Made by a program: the position numbers and the translations under genes | Part shown: positions 24,086-34,551 of the stretch, in pieces | Position numbering within the stretch: the stretch's first letter is position 1 | Layout: every line of letters begins with the position of its first letter | NCBI GenBank assembly: GCA_963841565.1 | Contig: CAWJCY010000001.1 | Coordinates: forward strand, 122,826 to 186,825 | DNA from: an uncultured Nitrososphaerales archaeon | GTDB taxonomy: Archaea; Thermoproteota; Nitrososphaeria; Nitrososphaerales; Nitrososphaeraceae | DNA length: 64,000 bases | Direction: 5' to 3' | Notes under the pieces: generated by a model | What the model was told of the DNA's origin: nothing | The model's database searches: none | The model's input: only the letters and a program-made list of their open reading frames with translations

Positions 24086-24679
24086 TTGCTTTGGAAATAC
24101 GATACCCCAGGGATCCCTGACGAGCTATTCGAACGAACCGAGAAGGTGCCCATAACGAAGGAAGAGGTTAGGGCTATAACAATAAGCAAGTTGAGGCTGA
24201 AGGAAGGCTTTACTGCAATTGACGTTGGCTGTGGCAGTGGTAGCCTGACAGTTGAAATCTGCAATCAGATCAGAGGAGGAAAGGCTTATGCAATTGATTT
24301 TGATGAAAAGGCAGTGGAATTAACAAGGCAGAATTTGAGTCGATTTGGATTCAAAGCCGAGGTCATCTTATCTGATGCACAAGATGCGCTTCCCAGGCTT
24401 CCACAGGTAAATTCCATAGTTATTGGCGGGACGTGGAGTAATACAAGAAAGATTATCGAAATGGGAATATCGAAACTACAAACGAATGGTCGATTGGTTG
24501 TTAATACCATACTAATAGAATCAGCTTATGATGCACTGTCTACAATTTATAGCGCTAACCTTGAAGAGGTAGATGTGACACAAGTCATGATTTCAAAATC
24601 GAGGAAAGTAACGACCGGGACTATGATGTTGGCGAGAAATCCGGTTCTTATAATCTCGGCAACTAGGCCCACTTCCTGA
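24086..24679 (+). CDS. cbiT: Cobalt-precorrin-6B C15-methyltransferase (decarboxylating)
   Basis: PGIPDELF, PITKEEVR, DVGCGSG SAM motif, ARNPV. Confidence 0.93.
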   Translation: MLWKYDTPGIPDELFERTEKVPITKEEVRAITISKLRLKEGFTAIDVGCGSGSLTVEICNQIRGGKAYAIDFDEKAVELTRQNLSRFGFKAEVILSDAQDALPRLPQVNSIVIGGTWSNTRKIIEMGISKLQTNGRLVVNTILIESAYDALSTIYSANLEEVDVTQVMISKSRKVTTGTMMLARNPVLIISATRPTS

Positions 24680-24859
24680 ATTAATGACATTTAGCAGGAA
24701 ATGATTGTCTATAGAACAACCCTTAACCTGTTATCGTATGCATCTGTTCTTCTTTGAGCTTGAATGAAAGGTAAAAGTTGTATGTGTGTTTAAAGTATTC
24801 CATTGATTTGCTTCATTCCAAAGCGTAACTTAAATTACTGCTAGGTCCATTTTCGAAAA

Positions 24860-25579
24860 ATGAGGCTTTCTTGTATTGGATGCGGGCCAGGAGATCCAGA
24901 GTTACTTACTGTTAAGGCGATAAACAGATTGAAAGCGGCAGACATTATTTTCGGTCCGACTTCAAGGGAAGGAAAACAGAGCATAGCTATCGGGGTGGTT
25001 GAGAGGTATATCGATAAGGAACACCAAACTGTCAGAGCCTTGGTTTTTCCAATGAAAAAGGACAAGGAATCATTGGTAGAATATTGGAAAAAGAACGCCT
25101 CCGAGATTGCCGAATCCGTCTATGCGGGGAAGAATGTCGTTTATCTGACTGTTGGGGATCCATCTCTGTACAGTACATGGGCTTATGTGTTTAAGGAGTT
25201 GAGAGAAAATTTCCCTGATATTGAGATCGAAATTATTCCCGGTATTACATCTATGTTCTCTTTTGCAGCCGAAGCGAAACTGAGTCTAGCTGAAGGAGAG
25301 CAGACAGTGGGCATTATTCCAGCATGCTATGACATCGAGAGGGTAAGAAACACGGCAAGTACATGCGATACTGTGATTTTTCTTAAAGACGGGAGATATT
25401 TCGGCAAGGTAATACAAATGTTGCCGTACGCCGGATTTAGTAATGATTCGTTGGTGACTATAGCTCAGGACGTCTCAGTCGATGAACAGACAATCAGAAC
25501 TTCTCAACTTCGAGAATTACAGCAAGTGACCGAGACAGGAGAAAAGTATTTTTCAATAATGGTTGTGAAAAAGAAATGA
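24860..25579 (+). CDS. cbiL: (Cobalt-)precorrin-2 C20-methyltransferase
   Basis: GCGPGDPELLTVKA, LVFPM, GDPSLYST, IIPGITS. Confidence 0.9.
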   Translation: MRLSCIGCGPGDPELLTVKAINRLKAADIIFGPTSREGKQSIAIGVVERYIDKEHQTVRALVFPMKKDKESLVEYWKKNASEIAESVYAGKNVVYLTVGDPSLYSTWAYVFKELRENFPDIEIEIIPGITSMFSFAAEAKLSLAEGEQTVGIIPACYDIERVRNTASTCDTVIFLKDGRYFGKVIQMLPYAGFSNDSLVTIAQDVSVDEQTIRTSQLRELQQVTETGEKYFSIMVVKKK

Positions 25580-26383
25580 CCTACCGGAAAACTAGCCACC
25601 CTGTTGTTTACTTCGCCGGCTCAGGTCCTGGGGATCCTGACCTTATTACGGTGAAGGCAAAAAAATTGCTGGCAGAGGCCGATACAATTGTCTATTCGGG
25701 TTCTTTATTAAATCCAAAATTACTAGAATGTACGAAAAAGAATGCAAGTTTGTATGATGCCTCATTGATAGATAGGGAAAAAATTTATGTAATATTAAGA
25801 GACGCATCGTGGGCAGGTCAACTTGTCATGAGGTTGCATGATGGAGATCCGAATATTTATGGGGCTACTAAAGAACAGGTCGATAAGCTACAAGCAGATG
25901 GAATAACTTGTAAAATGATTCCAGGAGTTACTTCCCTTCTAGGAGCTGCTGCGTCATTGAATATGGAATTAACGTTACCTGGGAATACTCAGACGATAAT
26001 TATTACGAGAGCAGAGCTCAGAACTCCTGTTCCTGAAAAAGAGAAGATTTCCCAACTTGCATCACATGGCTCAACTATGGCCTTTTATCTAAGTGTTCAC
26101 TTGATTAAGGAAATAGTTCGACAGTTGTTGCAAGGTGGAGCATACACTGATGATACCCCGGTCTGCCGTCGTTTACAAAGCTACTTGGGAGGATGAGGTC
26201 ATTATTACAGGGAATTTGGCAGATATTGCTGACAAAACTCAAAATGCACACATAACCAAGACTGCGTTGTTAATTGTTGGTAACGTGGTTAAACCAAGAG
26301 GTTACCAATTTTCGAAGGTGTATGACCCAGACTTCAGTCATGGCTACAGACGAGCATCAATTCAACACAGGCTTGACCGCTAA
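25576..26383 (+). CDS. cbiF: (Cobalt-)precorrin-4 C11-methyltransferase, +1 frameshift near 26162
   Basis: GSGPGDPDLITVK, YSGSL, RLHDGDP, QTIIITR; C-terminus AVVYKATW...YDPDFSHGYR lies in the next frame. Confidence 0.9.
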
Positions 26384-26429
26384 TTGATTCAAGACAATGG
26401 GGTGGCTGCGACTACCGCTCAACCCTCCT

Positions 26430-26747
26430 TCAAATCCCTATTCTAAAGATCTCTTTCTGTCCAACCGTAGCCCAGGCACCCATAGCCATTGTAGTCGCTG
26501 GTTGTTTTTGATCAGAGGGTTCTGCTAAATTAGTGATCTCACTTAAGATAATTTCTTTGGGATCCCAAGGAGGCCACAACATGGCTACATATTCCCCTGT
26601 TTTGCCTGCTTCCTCTAGGCTTGCCAGCCTCATCCTCTGGGGATCAAAACCTTTCTTTCCCAGTAGATCTTTAACCTTGTCAAATAAGACCATCCTTCCA
26701 TGTACAATGATATGAACAGTGGCATTCTCTGGACTTGTTGCAGACAT
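26430..26747 (-). CDS. Hypothetical protein (105 aa)
   Basis: ATG start with TATA box about 27 nt upstream; 'GEYVAMLWPP...EII.SEI...MGAW'. Confidence 0.65.
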   Translation of the reverse strand: MSATSPENATVHIIVHGRMVLFDKVKDLLGKKGFDPQRMRLASLEEAGKTGEYVAMLWPPWDPKEIILSEITNLAEPSDQKQPATTMAMGAWATVGQKEIFRIGI

Positions 26748-26786
26748 AATTCTAGTTGTATCATATAGGGTAATGTATAAACGTGT

Positions 26787-27383
26787 TTGCCAAGAAATTC
26801 AATAGACACGTTGACGGCATTTGCCAATTCTTACATGGGTCTGCTTTTTCCAGAAGATCTTCCCGAAAGGATAAAAGCATTTTTGGCTGGTAAAAGAGAC
26901 TTTCCCTATATCTCCGCAGACGAGATCATCGGGTTGTTCTATATTTTTGGAAAGCAGAAAGAGCTATCTTCTGGAATAGAAACAGCACAAATATTGCAAT
27001 TGTGCGGCAAAACCGCCCGCGATTTCGACAGGGCAATTGCCCAATATAGAACGAATGTAGTCCCTGTAGATTCCAGTTTTACTAGAGGCAAATACTTGAA
27101 ACGGCAGCTACAAATCACCGTAGAGATGAAGGGAAGATCTACATCAGAAAAACTCTACAAAGACCCAATTATTGTCACTGATTCGATCATACAGCATATT
27201 TCATTTCATAATGAGAAATACTTCTTTCAGGTTTACGGGCCATTAAAAGAGCAAGAAGTTGTAAGAGATCTACACAAGTCATTGCTAGGCCGAGTTGTAA
27301 TGGTGGGATTTAATCGGGAAGGTGAAAAAAGTATCCCCTTTACTCATCCACTCATCCCATTATTTGCACATTTACGCCAGTGA
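26787..27383 (+). CDS. Hypothetical protein (start probably 26811 or 26835)
   Basis: Long uninterrupted ORF with normal composition, divergent from the 26747 gene. Confidence 0.7.
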   Translation: MPRNSIDTLTAFANSYMGLLFPEDLPERIKAFLAGKRDFPYISADEIIGLFYIFGKQKELSSGIETAQILQLCGKTARDFDRAIAQYRTNVVPVDSSFTRGKYLKRQLQITVEMKGRSTSEKLYKDPIIVTDSIIQHISFHNEKYFFQVYGPLKEQEVVRDLHKSLLGRVVMVGFNREGEKSIPFTHPLIPLFAHLRQ

Positions 27384-27468
27384 GTGGATGGTTAAATGGT
27401 GCAAGTAGGCGAGTTAATTGTGGTAATGTGAGAAGCTTTAGGCTCGAAAACCCCAAGACCACGAGGGC

Positions 27469-28525
27469 TCAGTCAGGAGTCACAAGTCTAGAGACTATTA
27501 CATCATGAGACACTTTCTGCTCGACACCTGAAATAATTGCTGATAGATTCCTTATTTCTATCATTATGAGCTTTAATGCAGCGAGCATGATGGCAACACT
27601 GAAAACCGATCTAAAAGCACTAAAAACACGTTTCAAACTTATCCCTTCAAAGCCTGCCTCTAATTGCATAATAATATCAATATCGTCGGATACATTCTGA
27701 GGGATGATTTCTCTATATACTGTATCCCCTAGTTCTGAAGCTGCCTCTGATATTTTTTCGGCGTTCATGAGCTTTTGCAGGGTCTCTCTTGTGACCTTTG
27801 GGGTCGTAGATACAATTCAGCTCATTTATGTCTGTAGGGCTTAAGTTCCAATACTTGCCTCTAAGTACCGCTAAAACGTTATACGAATCTATATCAACTG
27901 AGACCACCCTCTTTATGTCTGGATCTTGTGCCTCAGACTTCATGGCTTTATCAAGCGTCTTAAAGAAGACATTGTCTAGATATATATCAAATAATCTCAG
28001 GTCTTTTTTCTCCTTATAAGCAGCAGCTGCTTTGGATGCCTGTTCAAAAAATTCACTCCCTGACAGGACTGAGACAGCTTCGTCAAGGTCTTGAGCTACT
28101 AGTGCTTTCACTACCAAATCTCTCCTGCCTACTAACTCTTCCGCTCGGAGGTTAATTTTTGGTAATAGCTCCTCGTAAGACTTGCCCAAAGCCTTTCCTT
28201 TTAAAATCAATTTAAGATTCCAAGTAATATACTTTGTAAAGTAGGCGTACAGTACTCCTGAGCCTCCCGAGATATTTACTAATTTAGCATGGACGTTGAC
28301 CAGGTACTCGCGAAGCGCGCTCTCAGCCTTCTCCGCGGTATAGGGCTTTGGGAGTTTTGCTAGTGCGTCAAGATATACCGTGTTCTTCATTCGTGTAACG
28401 AGTTCATCTATATCTCGCGATTCAGCAAGTGTATGGAGCTCATTCTTAGATAACATGCGTCCTCTCAATCCGTGAGATAACACTGTACCAAAAATCTTAC
28501 TTGGCATACTTACAGTAGTACTCAT
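27469..28525 (-). CDS. atpC: A-type ATP synthase subunit C (d/AC39), detached from the operon, +1 frameshift near 27816
   Basis: RGRMLS, NLKLILKGK, DSYNVLAVLRGK, EIRNLSAI..GVE; the two ORFs join on removing one base. Confidence 0.9.
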
Positions 28526-28667
28526 TTTAACCTAAAATCTCCATAAATATTGGTATCGTGACAAGCATTTTAACATTTAGCTGACCCTTCATTGTACGGA
28601 AAATGAGATTGACGATTAAAGTCTTCTCAACCTCAACAGCAATGACGTAGCACGACCCTTCAGATAC

Positions 28668-28928
28668 TCATTCCATGAATAGTCTTTCCAATTGTGAGCA
28701 AATTCTAACGGAGAATGCTAGAATCACAAAGTGGACTCCAAATCCTATAAGTGAGGCAATCAGAATATCCTCAGTACCGTGGTTTATCCCGACAAAAATT
28801 GCCAGCGGTGGTAGAACTAGAACTAGGGCCATTGCTGTGCTTAGCCAAAACGATTTTATTAAATCGTCGGGGGAGAAATCCTTGCTACCGTTATAGGAAA
28901 AAACAATCCTCGTGGGCGGGGAATGCAT
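28668..28928 (-). CDS. Small two-TM membrane protein
   Basis: FWLSTAMALVLVLPPLAIF...IGFGVHFVILAFSVRI hairpin. Confidence 0.65.
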   Translation of the reverse strand: MHSPPTRIVFSYNGSKDFSPDDLIKSFWLSTAMALVLVLPPLAIFVGINHGTEDILIASLIGFGVHFVILAFSVRICSQLERLFME

Positions 28929-29452
28929 ATAATTCTTGTCATAATTTCTTACTTAGCTACGAAATATAAACATTGGTCATAGAACTTTTTCAGCTTTCTG
29001 CTTCAATCTGTCCAAGAAAATAAAACTGAAGGTTGATGGGTGAGGATAATTTAACAGCAAAGCTCTTTTTCAATCAGAAAGAAGAACGACGACGATAACA
29101 GGCCCTCTATATCTGCAATGAAAAAATAAAAATAAAAATAACGTAATCAGTCCATTCAGCATAGATGGCTGACTAGTCGACCACAATATCGGCTGTCGTT
29201 TTTTTTGATACGTTTCACTATCCTCTAGCCAATAATGATATCCAAGGAACTGATATTGTGAATTTAAGAAGAATTGTCCCCCGCAAGCTTCTTTTAGAAA
29301 ACAATTGAAATCACAAAATTTCGGCTGTGCCACCTGAAAAAGAAGTAGATTAACTGTTGCCAAATCATAATCTTATTGCAGGTCCAGGAAATTCAAGGAT
29401 ATGAACAAATACATGTTCCTCTTCATGTAAGAGCGGGAAGGATTTGTAGGTC

Positions 29453-29680
29453 ATGAAAGGGGGGAATGATGAATCCAGTCCATTAAGCAAGACAAGACTG
29501 TTCGGAGTGAGCAGCCTAATCGCATTAATTATCGCTATCCCAGCACTAATCGTGACTTTTTTGATGCACTATTACGTTAAAGCAGACCTACTGGTTACAA
29601 TGTCGCTTGGTCTATTGACTCTTTTTATTGGAATGGGAGTGGGATACAGAGTCTCAAAGAAATTCGTTACGATGGATTAG
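29453..29680 (+). CDS. Small two-TM membrane protein
   Basis: LFGVSSLIALIIAIPALIV...LGLLTLFIGMGVGYRVSKKF hairpin. Confidence 0.65.
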   Translation: MKGGNDESSPLSKTRLFGVSSLIALIIAIPALIVTFLMHYYVKADLLVTMSLGLLTLFIGMGVGYRVSKKFVTMD

Positions 29681-29880
29681 ATTAATTGAAATAATTTCCT
29701 TTCCGAGTTTCAAAAGTAGGACGAACGGTTTAGTGTATAAAGACAATTGCAGATTACTTGATGTGGAGATGTGCTCAAATTTTGAGGCCAAAAATGGTGA
29801 ATTTAAGCCCTACTTTGTTATTATCCCAATCTGTTCAGACATAAACGCTTAAAAAGCCAGGATTTATTATTATTCACAAG

Positions 29881-30144
29881 ATGACATTACCAAAAGGATT
29901 TGGTGAGCAGCCCAAGAGTGGAACAAAGAGGACCTATGAGGAATGGTGGGCCACTGTTCCGAGCGATTTGAAGACAAAGACCAGAAAAGGAGATGAAAAT
30001 AACAAACCATTGCTAAATCAGGTTAATTATGTACTACTGCACCTCCATCTGGCAGGAAAACACGACGCAAAGCCAAGTCACGAAGAGCTAAAGGACTGGC
30101 TACACAGTGGACAGGTAGATGTTCTAAGAATGACCAAGAAATAA
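29881..30144 (+). CDS. Small soluble protein (87 aa) sharing the AmoX N-terminus MTLPKGFG
   Basis: ATG start, TATA-like TTAAAAA about 28 nt upstream, T-rich terminator downstream; EWW...KPLLNQVNY...WLHSGQVDVLR. Confidence 0.8.
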   Translation: MTLPKGFGEQPKSGTKRTYEEWWATVPSDLKTKTRKGDENNKPLLNQVNYVLLHLHLAGKHDAKPSHEELKDWLHSGQVDVLRMTKK

Positions 30145-30376
30145 CTTTCAGAACTGAGCAGAACTTCCATTTTTCATTTCCGATTATCTTTTTTTTCATT
30201 TTATTCATCTATCTTTAATCGAGTATCGTTCTTGATCCTTTCGAATGCAAATAATTTCCAATTGTGCTTGAAACTACAACCTAGATGATGTATATTGATT
30301 CCTTTTTTTCTCAAGCTTTTTGATGTTGGGGTAAGGTAATTGGGATTATGTTCCTAAGAACCCACCAGATCGCATC

Positions 30377-30838
30377 TCAAGACAAAAGTTCATCAATACC
30401 AACTACTCGGGCGCAATATCTGCATCTTAGGACAATATTCTGTTTATCGATAATGTCGATCGACGGTTTAATATAATCATCGCTATTGGTAACACATTTC
30501 AGATTCGGACACCGAAATATTCCAATGATTGCATCAGGAAGCTGTATTCTTCTCTTTTCCACAACTTTGTAATCGCTTATAATGTTAATTGTGGCCGTTG
30601 GAGCGATAAGAGCGAGTTTGTCAGTTTCATCCTTTTTTAGAAATCTGTCTTCAACTTTAATAATGTCTTTTTTAGCATGTTTACTGCTTGGCACATTTAA
30701 TGCGACTGTAATTACATTACCTTCTGTACCCGTGATATTTAATATACGCAGGACAGTTAGGGCTTTACCGGATTCGATATGATCGATGACCGTCCCCTCT
30801 TTGATTCTTCTAACAAGAAGTTGGCTGGAATCAGACAT
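30377..30838 (-). CDS. pyrI: Aspartate carbamoyltransferase regulatory subunit
   Basis: IKEGTVIDHI, KKDIIKVE, APTATINII, CPNLKC...CRYC zinc site. Confidence 0.96.
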   Translation of the reverse strand: MSDSSQLLVRRIKEGTVIDHIESGKALTVLRILNITGTEGNVITVALNVPSSKHAKKDIIKVEDRFLKKDETDKLALIAPTATINIISDYKVVEKRRIQLPDAIIGIFRCPNLKCVTNSDDYIKPSIDIIDKQNIVLRCRYCARVVGIDELLS

Positions 30839-31307
30839 TATGATTTCAGATGCCTAATGTGAATAAAAAGTATATGTGGTTAGATATTGCAATGAATATG
30901 TCACGAGCTGCACTCGGATCCCCCATGTCACAATGATGCTATGTTATTTGAAGATATTTTTCAAAAATAGGCCTCCACTTCTTGCATTAACTAATAGCCG
31001 ACTCATGCAAAAAATGCAGTTATGCATCGACTCAAATATTAAGAAAGAAGTGTTGCTCTTGACTTATCAAACGTTATCGTTGTTGGCGCAATGTGAACGT
31101 CCAGCGTAATCAGAATTAAGAATTCCTTAGTAAAATATCAAACAAACTAACTATTCAATGAGCTCGCGAAAAAAAGTCGTGTAGAGATCGACAAAATCTA
31201 GATGCTTGACTTGAACTTTGTGCAATGGGGCTATCAACCAAATAGCTTATTGTAATTGACATTCAACATGGGCAAATCCCTGTTCAATGCTTACTTTCGA
31301 TAACTAG

Positions 31308-31829
31308 TTAATTTACTTCTGTAGATTTTGCAATATTGTGGCTCAGTTCGCCGGCATCAAATGGTTGATCTCGTCGGAACAAAGTGTTACTTGGTAGCCT
31401 ATTGCCCAGCCTATACACCCATTCTTTCCCTTTCTTTATCCTTGTAAGTTTTCCTTTCTCTGAATATCTCGAGAGATAAGTGGAGATAATGCTCAATTGT
31501 ATTGGCTCAACATAATCTGCTTCGAACATTTCTTGAATATCTGATGAAGTGAAAGCGTTAGAACTAAACTTGTTCGCAACGACACTCCAGATCTTGTCTC
31601 CTACCGAAATAGGCCGATTTTCATCCACTCTGCTATTTGAACTGGAATAATTATCAACTTCTCCACGACTGTTTCCGTCATAATTCCTTGTCTTCCCATC
31701 CATCATACTCATGAACTCGTATAGCTTTAGGATCTTTGTTTTAGATATACTACCTTCTAAAGAAAGGTTATATTTGGCCCCTTCCTCGTCTTCCATTTCT
31801 ATCTTTATCTTCTTCTTTCCTAGGTTCAA
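31308..31829 (-). CDS. Hypothetical winged-helix DNA-binding protein
   Basis: FTSSDIQEMFE...LSIISTYLSRY...GKL.RIKKGKEWVY wHTH pattern. Confidence 0.7.
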   Translation of the reverse strand: MNLGKKKIKIEMEDEEGAKYNLSLEGSISKTKILKLYEFMSMMDGKTRNYDGNSRGEVDNYSSSNSRVDENRPISVGDKIWSVVANKFSSNAFTSSDIQEMFEADYVEPIQLSIISTYLSRYSEKGKLTRIKKGKEWVYRLGNRLPSNTLFRRDQPFDAGELSHNIAKSTEVN

Positions 31830-32031
31830 TTTCGGGAATAGACTACAAATTCTTGATTAGAATCAAATACTTAAGGCAACAAGTCACGGTTTTAGTGACT
31901 AAAAGATTAGCTTTAGTTAGCTAACACATTCACGGCGAAATGCATTTAATAATATTGACAAATCTCATAACATACAGCAATAAAAAGTAGCGTATATAAG
32001 ATAACATTACGTTATTTTCAGAAGGATTGTT

Positions 32032-32409
32032 ATGATTCGCAATAAAAACTTGTCCACAGGAGCTATTATTATTATTTCGACATTTGCAAATGAAAAGTCG
32101 TTACGCGATACTGCACATGAAATGATAGTGAATGCAAAATTATGTGCCTGCGTAAATTACACAAAAGTGCGCTCTTTGTATTGGTGGGAAAATAAACTAA
32201 ATGACGAGGAAGAGTTTATTGCGTTGTTCAAGACAACCAAAAAAAAAGCCAGAGAACTAAGGAGTAGGATTGCAAAACAGCACCCGTATGATATTCCTGA
32301 AATTCTCCAAATATCTATAGACAAAGCTTCCAAACCCTATCTTGACTGGCTGATTGGGTCTACATCGATTGCTGTAGGCGATAAGCGGAGACAACGGTTG
32401 AGGCACTGA
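32032..32409 (+). CDS. cutA: Divalent-cation tolerance protein CutA
   Basis: LCACVN, SLYWWE, KT, HPYDIPEI, YLDWL. Confidence 0.93.
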   Translation: MIRNKNLSTGAIIIISTFANEKSLRDTAHEMIVNAKLCACVNYTKVRSLYWWENKLNDEEEFIALFKTTKKKARELRSRIAKQHPYDIPEILQISIDKASKPYLDWLIGSTSIAVGDKRRQRLRH

Positions 32410-32505
32410 GTATTGACTTAAGATTGGGAGATTTCTAATGAAATAGATACCACTTAAGCCTAATTATAAGGAGTCAATCACAATGCCCCGTGCCTGGTAC
32501 TGCAC

Positions 32506-33600
32506 TCATGTACTAATTTGATATCTCAGAACTGAAACAATTCCTCCAAGTGACGAGACTCTCATTCCGATGTCCGTGGAAGAGTCTATAGCAAACGCTG
32601 AAGCACCTTGGCTTTCTATCGTATTTAGCAATTTAACCAACTCGTCTTCTTCCACGGTTCCAAATATCGAGCTAGAGAAAATCACTGATTCTACAGCACG
32701 CATGGCAGCAGCTTTTGCTACGTCAGCGAAGCCCATGGCGAATCGATTCTCCCCTCTACTTACGAATATCATGATCTCGTCTAACAATGAGAGGACCGTA
32801 GAGATCTTGCTGTTTTCCATGACCTCCTTCATTCTCGGTGAACGGACAAATAGCAATATCCCGTCTTCACCTGCCACATCTATTCCTTCGATAACTGAGG
32901 CCAAATTTGATAGATTCTTGTCCTTTCGCACAAGAAAGTTATACAATCGTTTTTTCGTTTCGCCTGGCCCAAAAATAATCACTTTATCAGTCGTGAATTC
33001 AATATCTTCCGCGCTTAACTGTGATTTTATGACTTTAATTATTTCATCGAAGAACTGTTCAGGTTCGCCAGTCTTAGAAGTCTGAACGTGGTATCTTTTT
33101 CCGCTTTGGCCCGAATAAATGTTTGGGACTATTCCAAGATGTGTTCCGCTTAATTTGGCCACTGCGCATTCTTGAATATCCACAGCAACAAGAAGATATA
33201 GAGAGGCATCAGAGAACCTGTGGATAATATTTTTCTCGTAGGGTAACCAGTCCCTCTTCTTTTCAATGGTAATGTTGTCCCCTATCCCAATTGTTAGCGA
33301 ATGATGAGAACCTCGCGGTACGAGTTCACTGCTTGCATTAGAAATTATTCCCTTAATTCGTAGTCTGTCAACCATCTTGTCGAATCCCAAACTCTCAACC
33401 CGGAGCCACACCTTGACACTGATTCGCTCACCTCTTTCTGGGCGAGAATATTCTTTCTCTTGTTTAATCACACGAGTAGTACTTGCAACAACTAGGTCGT
33501 CACGTGAAAGTATTCTTCTTACACTGAATAGGTCATCTGCGTCTTGAGGAATTAGGAAGTACGCCTTTCCCTCTGATCCCTTTACTTCTTTGACTATCAT
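32506..33600 (-). CDS. pelA: Pelota/Dom34 mRNA surveillance protein
   Basis: DDLFS...DLV...TTR, RLRIKG, GSHHSL, GPGETK, LGGIVSVLRY. Confidence 0.92.
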   Translation of the reverse strand: MIVKEVKGSEGKAYFLIPQDADDLFSVRRILSRDDLVVASTTRVIKQEKEYSRPERGERISVKVWLRVESLGFDKMVDRLRIKGIISNASSELVPRGSHHSLTIGIGDNITIEKKRDWLPYEKNIIHRFSDASLYLLVAVDIQECAVAKLSGTHLGIVPNIYSGQSGKRYHVQTSKTGEPEQFFDEIIKVIKSQLSAEDIEFTTDKVIIFGPGETKKRLYNFLVRKDKNLSNLASVIEGIDVAGEDGILLFVRSPRMKEVMENSKISTVLSLLDEIMIFVSRGENRFAMGFADVAKAAAMRAVESVIFSSSIFGTVEEDELVKLLNTIESQGASAFAIDSSTDIGMRVSSLGGIVSVLRYQIST

Positions 33601-33651
33601 ACGACAATCTTACCAACCAAAGAGGTTTGAAAATCTACTAATGTGGGGTAA

Positions 33652-34188
33652 TTACTGACTATTGGAAGTCGGAGAATGGGTTGAAGATGAAGGTGGAGGA
33701 GGTTGGGGGTGAGAAGTTGATGATGTTGAATGAGGAGCAGCAGCGGCCGGTTCTGCAGCAGCTGATTGTAAAGGCTGGTCAATATTCTGCGAGGTTTTTC
33801 GTGAATGGGAAGCCCTTATGTAGTTGTCTACCCATTCCTGAGTTAACACTCCTGCCTCAACCATATTCACAAGAGCATTCGACGAAGCATCTCCTTGCAC
33901 CTTACCTATTTTCTTTCTTGTCTGTCTCCATTTCAGTCGAGTATTCCCACTCTTTGATGAGTAGATAATACCTAGAATTTCCTTAGCATTCACGAATGTC
34001 ATTTCCCTAATTCGTTTCAATGTTACCTTATCTGCCGCTTCGATATAGATTGCTCCAGGGCCCTCTTCCCTTTCTGGAAATACTTCAAAGTCCTTAAGAT
34101 AGCTTTCCGGAATAAACGATCTACAAGTACTAACAATTATAAATTTTCGAAAACTTTCAAGAGAAGAAGTAGTTTCTATAACAACCAA
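33652..34188 (-). CDS. Conserved hypothetical protein with Ala/Pro/Ser-rich tail
   Basis: FPEREE..G.IYIEAADKVTLK, IYSSKSGNT.LKWRQ; low-complexity C-terminus. Confidence 0.75.
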   Translation of the reverse strand: MVVIETTSSLESFRKFIIVSTCRSFIPESYLKDFEVFPEREEGPGAIYIEAADKVTLKRIREMTFVNAKEILGIIYSSKSGNTRLKWRQTRKKIGKVQGDASSNALVNMVEAGVLTQEWVDNYIRASHSRKTSQNIDQPLQSAAAEPAAAAPHSTSSTSHPQPPPPSSSTHSPTSNSQ

Positions 34189-34551
34189 TATATATTATAA
34201 GATGGGTTCAGCTCCTTATCAAGTTTATGAACAAGATTTTATGAATTGACTAAATCCAATTTGTATAGTGATGACAAACTCCAAACTCAAGATCCTCGTC
34301 ACATTTGATTTCGGAAGGTTTTTCTTGTCATCGTTTGTCAATGAAGAATTCAACTCAACATAATTTAAATGTCATCCAGAATTGAAGAATCACGGCTTAT
34401 AGATGGCTGCCTTTTTCTGCATTCAAAGTTTTGAATTAAAAGCCGAAGTTATTATTAGAAATGATCGAGGTCTCCGAAGCTAACTACTTCATAACACAAC
34501 AATATGATAGTTCGAAAACCATATGTGAAAACAAAAAAGGTATGCGAAGCT

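Noticed and set aside
29070-29363. 97-aa minus-strand ORF between the two small membrane genes
   Set aside because: TTG start, runs through A/T tracts and has no recognisable motif; probably non-coding
30876-31109. 77-aa ORF upstream of pyrI considered as a pyrB remnant
   Set aside because: No ATCase motifs (STRT, HPTQ) are visible
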